Assembly: GCF_964355755.1 (NCBI RefSeq)
Contig: NC_092677.1
Location: forward strand, 26,585,175-26,649,174
From: Antedon mediterranea
Lineage: Eukaryota; Animalia; Echinodermata
Length of the DNA: 64,000 bases
Reading direction: 5' to 3'
The position numbers were made by a program, and so were the translations under genes. A model generated the notes under the pieces. The model was not told the DNA's origin. It made no database searches and saw nothing but the letters and a program-made list of their open reading frames with translations. This document shows positions 25,501 through 37,145 of the stretch, piece by piece; the first letter of the stretch is position 1; the number at the start of each line of letters is the position of its first letter.

Positions 25501-25824
25501 GCAAATTCCCTGCTATTCTTATAATGGTTTCGTCCATATAGATTGTTCTACTATAAAATAGGACCAGATCTATTCAATTCCATTTATTGTTCGTCATAAT
25601 TTTGAATTAAACTCAGAGTATACATTTTTTAAACTATAGTAATGTTACATTTTTTACATTTTCTATGCTATGCTAGCTTAGGAATTGTTAAATAATGATG
25701 TTTGCACATTTAAAATACACAGTAACCCCCGCACGGGTAATTGAATTGTCCTTGCAGCAAAAAGCAAAACATTGCAAATACCACCCCATGACTTGAGCTC
25801 TCTGTGATAATTCATGTAATAAAC

Positions 25825-28800
25825 ATGGATGTTGAAGATGTAGAAGCTTTTAATATTTTGTGTCTCCCCTTCGAACTGTTAGCGCATGTGTTCATGTTAT
25901 TAGATGGGGCAACTATAGCTAGTGTTTCCCAAGTTTGTAAACGTTTTTATGAGGTTTCAAATGTTAAAATCGTATGGCAAACATTGTGTTTCAGAGGTAG
26001 TACCTACTCTCTACTGTTGGTGTTGGGGTTATGATTGATAGGCTGATACTGTACTAAACCTAGGCCTAGAAAAGATAGGATATTTATTAAATTTATTTTG
26101 ATTTTTATTATATGAAGATAAAGATAGATGATATTAATAATAGTTAATTTAATTTTTAAAGCCAAAATTAACGCTTTTGTCATAGCTAATTGATTCTTTT
26201 TGTCATCTTTGACAATTTTAATTTTTACAAAAAATAAAAGTGTTATTTGTTTACTTTCAGAATATAATTTTACACCAGAACATTTTAGCACATGGAACAC
26301 AACATATAAAATTATCTATACTAAAGGTTGGTAAGCCATTAATATTTAATTTATTAATAATTACCTTACAATAAAATATAGGCCTAGACTCTGTATTTTT
26401 GTTTTTGTATTGCATTTATGTACTGTGTTTGTTTCTATTCATTTGATGATAGTTTAAAATTAAGTTTTAATTTTAAAATAACATGAAATGTATGATTGTT
26501 AAACTATGTTATTTTTCTTTTGCAGTACTAAGAAAATATGGAAAATTGGTAGGAACCTGGCAACCAAAGATTAACCCTTACGGAGGGTTATTGTCAATCA
26601 CCGTATGACAACATTTAAATTAAATTTAAATTAAATATGTTTACTTGAATTGAAATATAATTTTTTTTTTTTACTTTTCCATTAAATATTGGATTATTTT
26701 ATTTCAGTTTAATGACGGCGCCTTAATAGGAACACAGTACTTTGCTCCACCTGATCCTAATGTCTGTGCACCTCTACGACAAAAAAAAGTCTTCAAAATC
26801 ACAGTAGACAACGATAACATCACAAGATTGTTGTGTCTCAAAGGCAAGCCAAGCGATGTTCATCCGTTTCAGTTCACACCTGTAAGTGTAAGATATTTAT
26901 TTTACCCACCAAAATTCAAACAATATACAAAACCACTGAATATCAATTTGTAGCACACTGCAATTTTCAAAATACAAGGCCTGTAAAATGTGAGTTTGTT
27001 CAATATTATGATCTCTTCTAAGGTAACGCCCTGTTCACACTTGCACTAATGGTCCCACACCACTTTAAAGCCTTGTTAACACAGGTCCCGGACTATTCCG
27101 CATTTAGTGCATGTTAATGCAGTAATTATGTGCGGCAACCTGCGGGAGGTGTACATGACATTTTCAAGATTATAGTCTTGTATATGCATGTGAAATATAT
27201 AGCTCTGTCTACGCTATCAAACTTTATGTAAAAAAAAATGTGATGTGCCCATATATGGACATGATGATGTCATATCAATACCATCTTTGGCATATCAAAC
27301 TTTTGTTGTCAAACTAGTTTGATAGTGTAAACAGAGCTTTAGAATATCAGGCCTATATTGCAATTACTCAGAATCTGTGTAATAACCCATTTTTAAATAC
27401 ATGCTTTCTTCGTATCACTATTTTGATCTAGTTTTTTCATTTGCTTTACACAGGGTGGAAGCATCGATGATTTTTCATTTAAATGTAGTAAACCAGACAG
27501 ACACAGAAAGGGGTCAAATAAACAGGAAGTAAGTATAACCATGGTTACCAAGCAATAATATTTAATGTCCACAAACGAGCGGTAGCTGTAAAGCGGAAAC
27601 CCATGTATGTTATTTCTTATGGCCATTAACGCAAAACGTGGACAGACAGTTGAGCGAAACGTGGACAGACAGTTGAGCGAAACGTGGACAGACAGTTGAG
27701 CGAAACGTGGACAGACAGTTGAGCGAAACGTGGACAGACAGTTGAGCGAAACGTGGACAGACAGTTGAGCGAAACGTGGACAGACAGTTGAGCGAAACGT
27801 GGACAGACAGTTGAGCGAAACGTGGACAGACAGTTGAGCGAAACGTGGACAGACAGTTGAGCGAAACGTGGACAGACAGTTGAGCGAAACGTGGACAGAC
27901 AGTTGAGCGAAACGTGGACAGACAGTTGAGCGAAACGTGGACAGACAGTTGAGCGAAACGTGGACAGACAGTTGAGCGAAACGTGGACAGACAGTTGAGC
28001 GAAACGTGGACAGACAGTTGAGCGAAACGTGGACAGACAGTTGAGCGAAACGTGGACAGACAGTTGAGCGAAACGTGGACAGACAGTTGAGCGAAAACCC
28101 GCTCAATATAGATAAGTTTGCAGTAAACGATGTATATTTAGTTTATAAAGACCTGTTGTTTATGATAGAGTCTACAGAGTAGCATGCACAATCCTATTAA
28201 GTGTATTACAGTACTAACAACTTGTCAATTTTTATTATTATTTTGTATAGCAATTACAGCAATGGATTAAGGAAGAGTTAGGTATAGATATCCAACCTTG
28301 TGCAGTTGACTACAGACTGGAGCTGCTTAGAATTCAATTCTTCATTAACATGCAGTTTGAGTAAGTTTTATTAATTGGGAGCTTTCATTTTGTTATAGTA
28401 GAGGAACGCAGAGGTTACAACTTAGAAAAATTAAATATCACAGGATTTTATAAAAGTTTGGCCAAATCCTGAAGGGTTCTTATATGTGCTATAAAAACAT
28501 CCAACATAGAGGGCGCTGTTTATTAAAATGTTATGTGACAACAAAAATGTGATGTGTCAACAGTATATATGGACATGATGATGTCACATCAAAACCATAT
28601 TTGGGCATATCACTACCATATTTGGGCACATCACACTTTATCAAATCAGTTTGATAGTGTAGACAGAGCTTAAGGTAAAGCATAGAGATATCTCTATGGG
28701 TAAAGTAAAACAGAGTGGATGAATCGACTATTTTTATTAACATGATTTTTATCTCTTTGTATCAGTTCATCCTGCAACTTCAGACGCCTTCATATACCAA

Positions 28801-30119
28801 CAAAAAGGAAACCAGAGCATCCCGTACGGCCTGGTCTTTACAAAGGCACATACGGAGGTCACGGTATCGAGTTAGTTATGGTCTCGTATCATGACGACCT
28901 ATTACATGGTGTCAAAGTTACAGTAAGCGTTTATGAATATTTGTTTTTTATTTTTTAATAACTTACAGATTATGAAAATATGATTTAGTGTAGGGTGCAT
29001 TACAGAATATTATGGTTCTGGTGGTAGAACAAATCTTCTCGGATATGGACTATAAACCGTAGGTCCAGTGTACACATCTAGCTCATGTGCACTTTAAAGA
29101 ACCTAGTACATATTTCGAGACGAGTAAGGGGTTACCTCAGTGTACTAGTACACTCAGTGTACTAGTACACAGACAGCCATCACACTGATCATAACTGGGC
29201 CCTCTGGAAGGGTTACCTAGTATAAATAAATAACAAATTCAATATTTTGTCAGGGTGATCCGAATGTGCCAGCGGACCAACTTAGCATCCAAGCACACAT
29301 AAATGAACCAATGATACTAGATAGGGACAACCAGTATTCATTAGCTCAGCTAGAGGCACTCACCAAAGAAGATGTACTTGTACCAGTTGATAAACAGAAG
29401 ACTAGACAGCCATTCATTGTGCCGAGGGACGTCATGGATAGGGGAATGTCAAAGGTCAATGATGAGATGGATTTGACACATTGTATTGGGAGGTAATAAC
29501 AGATTTTGTTGTGATCTCAAAGGTATTTAAAATGAATTCTGAATGCTACGCTGGTTTTGGGTGATTTGGTAGGCGAATTTGAAAGCATCATTTTTCATCA
29601 GTCAATCTAAAACATATTTGTATTATAAAGTCCTTTTAATTTATTACTTGCATTGTGTGTTTTATATATTTAAGCATAACAGGTTTTATCATATTATTAA
29701 AAATACATTGCGCTATTTGGATTCAAGTTGTTCAAATCGTGCCCATAAATAATCATTATATTCATAATAAAGAACCATACACACTATTACCCAAATGTCC
29801 CAATGTTTGATATTTTAGCATTGTAAATGTAACACTAAATGTACAGTGTTATTTTGACTTAAATAACATAGTATAAAACTCCAAATAATGAGAGGCAAGC
29901 CATGATTCAACGTTTCGATCTTTTCTGATCATCATCAGGAATGAATATTTTGATTTCTGTAGGTACTTTGCGACTGGGTTGATTGCTATGGACGGCTTTA
30001 AGCACCCTTCCCGCACCCCGTCACACTTCATCGTGTTCAACGAAAACATGTTTGCGATGCTTTGGATCGAACTACATTCTATTAGTCTTTATTGTAGAGT
30101 GGAAGAAAACCTGATGTAA
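25825..30119 (+). CDS. FBXO31: F-box only protein 31
   Basis: Exons 25825-25996, 26261-26326, 26526-26602, 26708-26881, 27454-27528, 28251-28360, 28766-28922, 29254-29492 and 29963-30119 (TAA), with consistent phases. N-terminal F-box (LCLPFELLAHVF..VSQVCKRF). Family motifs GTWQPKINPYGGLL, PGLYKGTYGGHGIE, KVTGDPNVPA and GLIAMDGFKHPSRTP. Confidence 0.95.
27201..27338. mobile_element. MITE family A copy
   Basis: Both TIRs present; lies in an FBXO31 intron. Confidence 0.88.
27634..28093. repeat. Minisatellite, 20 identical copies of 23-bp AAACGTGGACAGACAGTTGAGCG, in an FBXO31 intron
   Basis: Direct reading; 460 bp / 23. Confidence 0.98.
29033..29235 (+). mobile_element. SINE fragment with a Deu/Nin-like central domain
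   Basis: TCGGATATGGACTATAAACCGTAGGTCC...TTAAAGAACC...TTCGAGACGAGTAAGGGG resembles the recalled Deu/Nin-domain consensus; A-rich tail. Confidence 0.6.
29905..29942 (-). ncRNA. Minimal type I hammerhead ribozyme motif, probably a pLTR remnant spanning about 29817-29944
   Basis: Minus strand reads AUUC-CUGAUGA-U-GAUC-agaaaa-GAUC-GAAA-CGUU-GAAU. It has a 4-bp stem I (AUUC/GAAU), a 4-bp stem II and a palindromic ACGU stem III. Possible TSD ATATTTT at 29810 and 29945. Confidence 0.75.
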
Positions 30120-30214
30120 TATACACTTTGTTGTAAGTATTAAATTGTATGTACAGTATTAGGATTTTAAGCCTAATGGAATTTACTGTATTATTAAGGG
30201 AGATATGCTTATAA

Positions 30215-30375
30215 AGCCTTGTCTACACTATCAAACTTTATGTGTCAAAAAAGTTTGATGTGCCTATATATGGTAGTGCTATGCTTAAATATGGTAGTGA
30301 TATGACATCATCATTTCCATATATGGGCACATCACATTTTTTTGACACATAAAGTTTGATAGTGTAGACAAAGCT
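30215..30375. mobile_element. MITE family A copy (opposite internal orientation), about 100 bp after the FBXO31 stop
   Basis: AGCCTTGTCTACACTATCAAAC...GTTTGATAGTGTAGACAAAGCT. Confidence 0.88.
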
Positions 30376-30386
30376 TTACAGGGGTA

Positions 30387-30565
30387 CAGTCAACTCTCCC
30401 AATACCGGACACCTGTGGGGTAGCCTAATTATGTCTTGTATTCTGGAAATTCTGAATGTGTGTTTTTAATTGTAAAAAGAATTTGAGACGTTTTGAACCT
30501 CAAGAAAGGTTATTTTTTGGGAGACTTTCTGGTTTCCATAGAGTCCGTATTGGGAGAATTGACTG
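30387..30565. mobile_element. pogo/Tigger-like MITE, second copy
   Basis: TA|CAGTCAACTCTCCCAATACC...GTATTGGGAGAATTGACTG|TA. Confidence 0.8.
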
Positions 30566-31784
30566 TATAAAAAATCATGTTTTTATTTTAGGCCCAATAG
30601 AATATATTGATTGTGAAGGGAGAATGTGCTTACCACAGAGATGCTAGCAGATATGTTTCATAATCAATTTACCTGGTGAACTGGTAAACAATATAGCCCC
30701 TGTATCAGGGGATTACCACCTATCTGATAGGACAGTGATTAATTTACTATTGGTAATCCTTGGCCACATTTGCTTAAAGACATAAATAAAAAATATTGAC
30801 TAGAATAAAACATTTTTATGCACTTCTTTCAAAAAACAGGGAACTCAGTATAATGTATTGCTAACAGTTTGATTAAAGTGTTTATCGTTTATAAATAAAT
30901 AAACATGAATTAAATTTTATTATATTTAAATGTTTATATAGTACATATTATTTATTCAGTTTATATTTTAGAATTCATTTTAAATTACTAAATGTATTTG
31001 TTGCAATTGTATTTAAATGTTTATCGTGAAACTCAACTTTATTTCTCAGCAAACATAGATAATGTTATCAAATTAAAACTAAATTTCTTCCAAGTTTGCT
31101 TGAGGAACTAAAATGTTTTGAAAATCATCTTTAGAAGATCTATAAGTATATTTTTAAATGTCTATTTTCATATCAGAAAACTACATAATATTCATGAACA
31201 ATTTTAGCAGATTATAAATATTGGAAAGCTTAAATTTTAAAGAGTATTTTAATAATAAAAAATTAAAACTTACGGTACTCCTACTCCTACTCCTACTACT
31301 TAGGACTTGTATCTTTTGTAAATTTCTTTTTTTATCAATACCGTAATCAATTTCACTGTTTGTTATCTACATGCTTTAAATAGATTTTATATTTAAGCCA
31401 ACTAATTATACGTAATAAATAAATTCTTGGTAAAAAAATTGTTTCTTCTTGTTTGTACCAAAAAGACATAATACAAATATTATATTAGCACACTTTGCTG
31501 TTTATAAATAAATATAAATTGATATTAAAATACAAATGTAAATCTATGATTTAACTGTAAACAAACTAACTACTATATGTATGACATTCTTACAAGGCCA
31601 GTGCTGTGGAAAACAGTCTCTACAGTGGCATAGTGGTTATGAGCGCTCACTGGCTATTCTCAGGTTACGCCACTGAGTCTCTAGTATGCAATAAAATGCA
31701 TCAAGCTCTTTATTCATGCCTTGCATGTCCAACATACAGAATATAAAAAAAACTGTTGTTAAGTTGTTACATATAAAGTAGCCG

Positions 31785-34700
31785 TCATTGTTCCTTTGAA
31801 CTAGTCAATGTAGTAAACCTATTAGCCTTTTCTGTTATTTCTGATTCCTCCAGTTCTTGTTTTCCCTTTGCCTTAGCGATGTACAGCTTGCGTAGCGTTG
31901 CCGTCATTGTATCCACTTGCTCTGGGCTGTACTCCTCGTACCAGCGGTTTACATGTCGCATTACTTGCGGTGACATTTGACCTTTAGGTCTTTTCTTTAT
32001 CTCCTGTAAAAAGATTTGATTATTATGTTTCATACTTGGTATTATACTATACTTTTTACTTCAGTAAATAACCCAAGGCTATGAAGCAAATAGACCATTT
32101 AGAATTTAGAATAGAACTATTTGAGCATGCTCAAAAACTGAATGTGTATTGGGATAGCTTCCGCAACTAGTCCAAATTCATAGTAAGCTCAGTAACCAGT
32201 GTGGCAATTTTACTCTTACTTTACAGTGTGACTTTCTATAATATCATATATGCCTCAGTATAATCATCAAGGGGGAATTATTTAATAATAACTTACCTGA
32301 ATATAATTGATATTTTCTATTAGACAGGCAATATTCCAGTATAATCCCACCCCTTAATTTTGGACAAATATTATTATATTATGTACTAGGGTCATATAAT
32401 GTATAATAAAGAATGGTGTTTGTACTATATATGTATTAAATCACTGCAAACAAAGCCACAACAGTAACAAAATAATAATTCAAATATTATATTAAAGAAA
32501 ACAATTAAATTGTACTTTGGCAAATCTTGCAGCTTGATGTTAAGACCTGTAGCTTTCAATTACAAAGCCACAAGTTTAATTAAACTTATAAATATTGATA
32601 CATAGAGATGGTGATTGTGAAAACTGGAAATGGATATTGTGAATGGTGTAATGTAACAAAACAGTGCCAATAGTGTTTGTGAATTACCATCGCAAACGCA
32701 AGCGTTATACGTCTTGTTGCTCTCTTCCAATTCTGGTTCCAGATGCGTTGTGTTTACAAAAATATAAATGTTTTACATTTAATAAAAGCTATAAAAGTCA
32801 TGCATTGACTAAAAACAAAACTCCTTTTCAAATTGTAGACCTATGGGTACACCTGTGATTGGTTGACTATCTACCAATCAGAGGTTCATCAAACCTAGCA
32901 TGTCGCAAGCAGTCACTGGATGACTGCAAGCCTGACCTTTGACACTCTCTAATATTGGAGATATGTTGGGGTCAACCTACACCTGTCTTGCATTTCAGTC
33001 ACAGCAGATGCTGTAATTGGTTTCGTCAGCACATCAAAAATGTGGCCTGCACTCCCTAAGTTAAATTATTTTATTTAAGAAATTTCAACATTTGTAATCA
33101 ACTGAAGAATGTTGAAAAGTCTGGTATTTTCTCAAAGCTATGATTTCTAATTTCAGAAATATTTCCATATCAAAATGTTAAATAAAAATGAAGGAAAAAA
33201 ACGAGAAAACAATAGGACTTTTTTCCATTTGGTTGGGCCAATTCACTAGGATGCAACGAAAGTGAGTCCAATCACAAGTGACATTTCGGATGATACATTG
33301 TATTTTTATTGGTCAATTCACATGAGTTGCTCTTACAGTAAACCAAGCTTTAAGGGTTTTAAACATTGCTATTTTCATGCAATAAATTTAAAACCTACCT
33401 TTATTCCAGGATCTTTTCGCACCATCCCGAATGTTTGTGACTTTTCACTAGTCTTCTGACCGATAGGTGGCGCTGTCTGTGCACGCCTACGGTTTGAGGT
33501 TGCAGAAGTGTTATTTAAATTAGAATCGCTGGAAATAAAAAAGAAAAATTACAAAATATACTAATACACATGATAACTCAGGGCCATATTTATTTATTTG
33601 TTCTTTCTTTAAACTGAAATACACTACACAAATGTACTGATTTCCAAAGTGGTTCAGTAAACATATTTATAAAAAAATAAAATATAAAAGAAAAACAAAA
33701 AGAAAGAAAACAGATATAAAACTATTTACAATTGTGAGGGCAAAAAGGTTAATATATATATATTTTCTATAGTGAAGATTTAAAAGTTGCCAAAGACATA
33801 TTATGGAGTTCTGATTTTATGTTATTTGGTAGAGAATTCCATAGTTTTGTTGATCTATAAACAAAGGTTCTTTTTATAGGCGCCAGTATCATATGGTTGG
33901 TATGGTTTCAACCTGACCACTGAACACAGAGGTCTTTGACAACCCAGTGGCCTGAACAGAGGTTGTTCCCTTTTCTTGCGACATCACTGAATGGGGACCT
34001 CGTGAAAAGTCCGGGTTTGGGAGAGTTTTTATTTTCAGAGTCCGGAATTGGAGTTTGATACAATTTAATAACACAAGCAGTTTAATTGATGTAACTTTAT
34101 ACGAACCTTCTGGTCAAAAACTTTCTATAGTGACTGGGGTTGTAACTCGGAAACATCGCATTACCCTTCAAAGGAGGGCGCTTTTCTGGTGGTTTAACTT
34201 TCCGTACCTCATGATACTTAACCATTATACCTCTTCCTTTCGGAGCATCAAAATATCTTTTACCGCCGATTATTCCAGCATGCGTACCAATTGCTTCATC
34301 CAGATGAACGCCAACATGTATTTCTGGTAATAGTGTGTCATTGTTTAGAGGACCTACGTATTTGACGACACCTAAAGAAAAAGAAGTACAGGTATTTTAA
34401 TTGTTATACTGTATACATATTATTACATTGTTGTCCTGGAACAACACGGATTAACACATATAGCTATAGTGTCAGTAAGGGGTATAAAACTACATAAGTC
34501 TCTATATAGTACAGTATAACCCATATTTATTGGACACAGGAAACATTTTCACGTGAAACGAACAAGGACTAATATGTGGGACATTTTATTGGGTCCCAAA
34601 AGGTGTCCCCTTAATAGATGTTATACTGTATTATTATTTTTCTTATACCTGAACTTTTTTCTTTTACCACAACTCGATCTCCAACTTTGATCCAATTGTG

Positions 34701-36411
34701 TGCTAGCGGTTTGCAAGTTCTCTCCTTTGGAAGACCAAGAGGCGGATGTATATAGATTGAACTTTGACCTCTGGAAATTAGCGTTCTGTAGAATTTGCGG
34801 CAGATTGAACAATGGCAATTGAATTCGTCATGGAACATTGTTGCACTTCCACTTTGTTGGCCAATCTGCAAAATAAAAATATTGAAAACCTTGGTGAATG
34901 GTCTATGGTTTGATCGCTCACAAGTTATTCAAGAGTTGCGCAAATGCACAATAAAAGAACATGAGAAGTTGTGCCGCTCTGGTGGAGGAGACACAGGTGC
35001 TCAGGTGGAGGAGACACAGGTGCTCAGGTGGAGGAGACACAGGTGCTCAGGTGGAGGAGACACAGGTGCTCAGGTGGAGGAGACACATGTGCTCAGGTGG
35101 AGGAGACACATGTGCTCAGGTGGAGGAGACACAGGTGCTCAGGTGGAGGAGACACAGGTGCTCAGGTGGAGGAGACACAGGTGCTCAGGTGGAGGAGACA
35201 CAGGTGCTCAGGTGGAGGAGACACAGGTGCTCAGGTGGAGGAGACACAGGTGCTCTGGTGGAGGAGACACAGGTGCTCTGGTGGAGGAGACACAGGTGCT
35301 CAGGTGGAGGAGACACAGGTGCTCAGGTGGAGGAGACACAGGTGCTCAGGTGGAGGAGACACAGGTGCTCAGGTGGAGGAGACACAGGTGCTCAGGTGGA
35401 GGAGACACAGGTGCTCAGGTGGAGGAGACACAGGTGCTCAGGTGGAGGAGACACAGGTGCTCAGGTGGAGGAGACACAGGTGCTCAGGTGGAGGAGACAC
35501 AGGTGCTCAGGTGGAGGAGACACAGGTGCTCAGGTGGAGGAGACACAGGTGCTCAGGTGGAGGAGACACAGGTGCTCAGGTGGAGGAGACACAGGTGCTC
35601 TGGTGGAGAAGACACAGGTGCTCAGGTGGAGGAGACACAGGTGCTCAGGTGGAGGAGACACAGGTGCTCAGGTGGAGGAGACACAGGTGCTCAGGTGGAG
35701 GAGACACAGGTGCTCAGGTGGAGGAGACACATGTGCTCAGGTGGAGGAGACACAGGTGCTCAGGTGGAGGAGACACAGGTGCTCAGGTGGAGGAGACACA
35801 GGTGCTCAGGTGGAGGAGACACAGGTGCTCAGGTGTTCCATTGCAGAAGATGATATAGAAAGAAATATGAATCCCTGCAATTTATAAACACTATTTCAGA
35901 TAGTTGTCTTAAACTACAGAAATGTCAGTGTATAAAGCTCTGTCTACAATGTGATGTGCCCATAATATGTCATATTACTATCATATTTGGGCACATCACA
36001 CTTTTTTGTCACATAAAGTTTGATAGTGTAGACAGAGCTTAACAATCTAAAATACGTCTTTAGGAGAGGGGGACCAAGTGCCATGACAGGGATTCAAATT
36101 TCTTGCATGTGGCACCAATAATTTCGGAGGAACTAATGTCCCTCAATGTACTATTTATAGTAGAGTACAGTATAGGTATACACACAAGCAATACTGTAAA
36201 TACAAAATAACCTTGGTGCGCCGTTTTATAGGAGGCCCGGCTATTTATATACACGATCATAAAGTAGGCATATATGATCCAACCAGTTAAGTAAAGTCTA
36301 AATAACATTTACCGAACGTACAAACTTAAAACATGTCGTCTTGCTCTTCTTTTGTGTTGTTAAAGTTTTTGTTCGAAGTTTCGAAAAAGATTCCTCGTTG
36401 CTACGTTCCAT
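31785..36411 (-). CDS. Uncharacterised protein (about 310 aa) with a single divergent CAP-Gly domain
   Basis: Exons 36411-36313, 34865-34649, 34371-34107, 33528-33399 and 32003-31785 join in frame (phases 0, 1, 2, 0). The domain reads IKVGDRVVV..GVVKYVGPL..HVGVHLDEAIGTHAGIIGGKRYFDAPKGRGIMV. Extra small exons cannot be excluded. Confidence 0.8.
34512..34628. mobile_element. Short TA-flanked Tc1/pogo-like MITE
   Basis: TA|CAGTATAAC...GTTATACTG|TA, with GGACAC/GTGTCC subterminal motifs like those repeated at 16165-16355. Confidence 0.6.
34981..35831. repeat. Minisatellite, 37 copies of 23-bp GGTGGAGGAGACACAGGTGCTCA, in intron 1 of the CAP-Gly gene
   Basis: Direct reading; 851 bp / 23. A few variant units (CATGTG, GCTCT, GAGAAG). 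Confidence 0.98.
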
Positions 36412-37145
36412 TACAACAACGTTGAGTACCTACTTAATTTGTGGTTTTGTTACTTTCCGAAACTACTGCGGCCTAAACCGACTGTAATTATCTGTGTCAC
36501 TCCTTGTTTTACTTACTGCAGAATGAGCTACATGATCCAATCGAGTTAATTGAATCCATTGTACAGTATTAGTTTAGGAAAATTAAATTTAATAATAATT
36601 TTTCTCAACACTGCTGCAAAGTTACTTTTGATAATATTATATCAAAAGTACAACACCAGCATATGTGCTTGTCAATTATTTTATAGGCCAAATCTAGTTG
36701 CCCTCCTTTCTGGAAAGTATACCTGAATTTTAAGACAATATAATATATCTTTCTATTTTATTGTACACATAATAAAATAGGAAGATAGCATGCCATTCGT
36801 TCAATTAGCGCATATCATGCTTATTTTTTTTAATTCTAAGGTGGTATTGATAACCTTTAATTTGTGAAAAAGTATTAAAGAAACGGATATTCGTGCTCGA
36901 ATAATACATTAACTTTCAGAATCTTTTTTTGTGGGGGGAGGAAATGTATAATTTCATGAGTGTGTATGTATCCTCCCCACTTCACTTATTCGTTCGATCA
37001 TTATGGACAAGAGATTCCAAAATAAAAAGATCGAATTGAATTGAACTATGGAATCGGAGTGCAAAAAAATAAGTCCAATCTATAACAATCGATTATCAAC
37101 TTGAGGGCGCCAGACTCCTCGTGTACATACGTCTTCACATACAAC

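Noticed and set aside
27634-28093. CRISPR-like array, or the 237-aa ORF 27393-28106
   Set aside because: Units are contiguous with no spacers and there are no cas genes. The ORF is a by-product of a stop-free 23-bp repeat inside an FBXO31 intron.
34795-35887. Three overlapping ORFs of about 300-350 aa
   Set aside because: All three frames are open only because the 23-bp unit lacks stop codons; the region is an intron of the minus-strand CAP-Gly gene.
36511-36559. Upstream ATG as the start of the CAP-Gly gene
   Set aside because: It reaches a stop after 16 codons if unspliced. The ATG at 36411 gives an in-frame exon with a valid donor. A spliced upstream start is not fully excluded.
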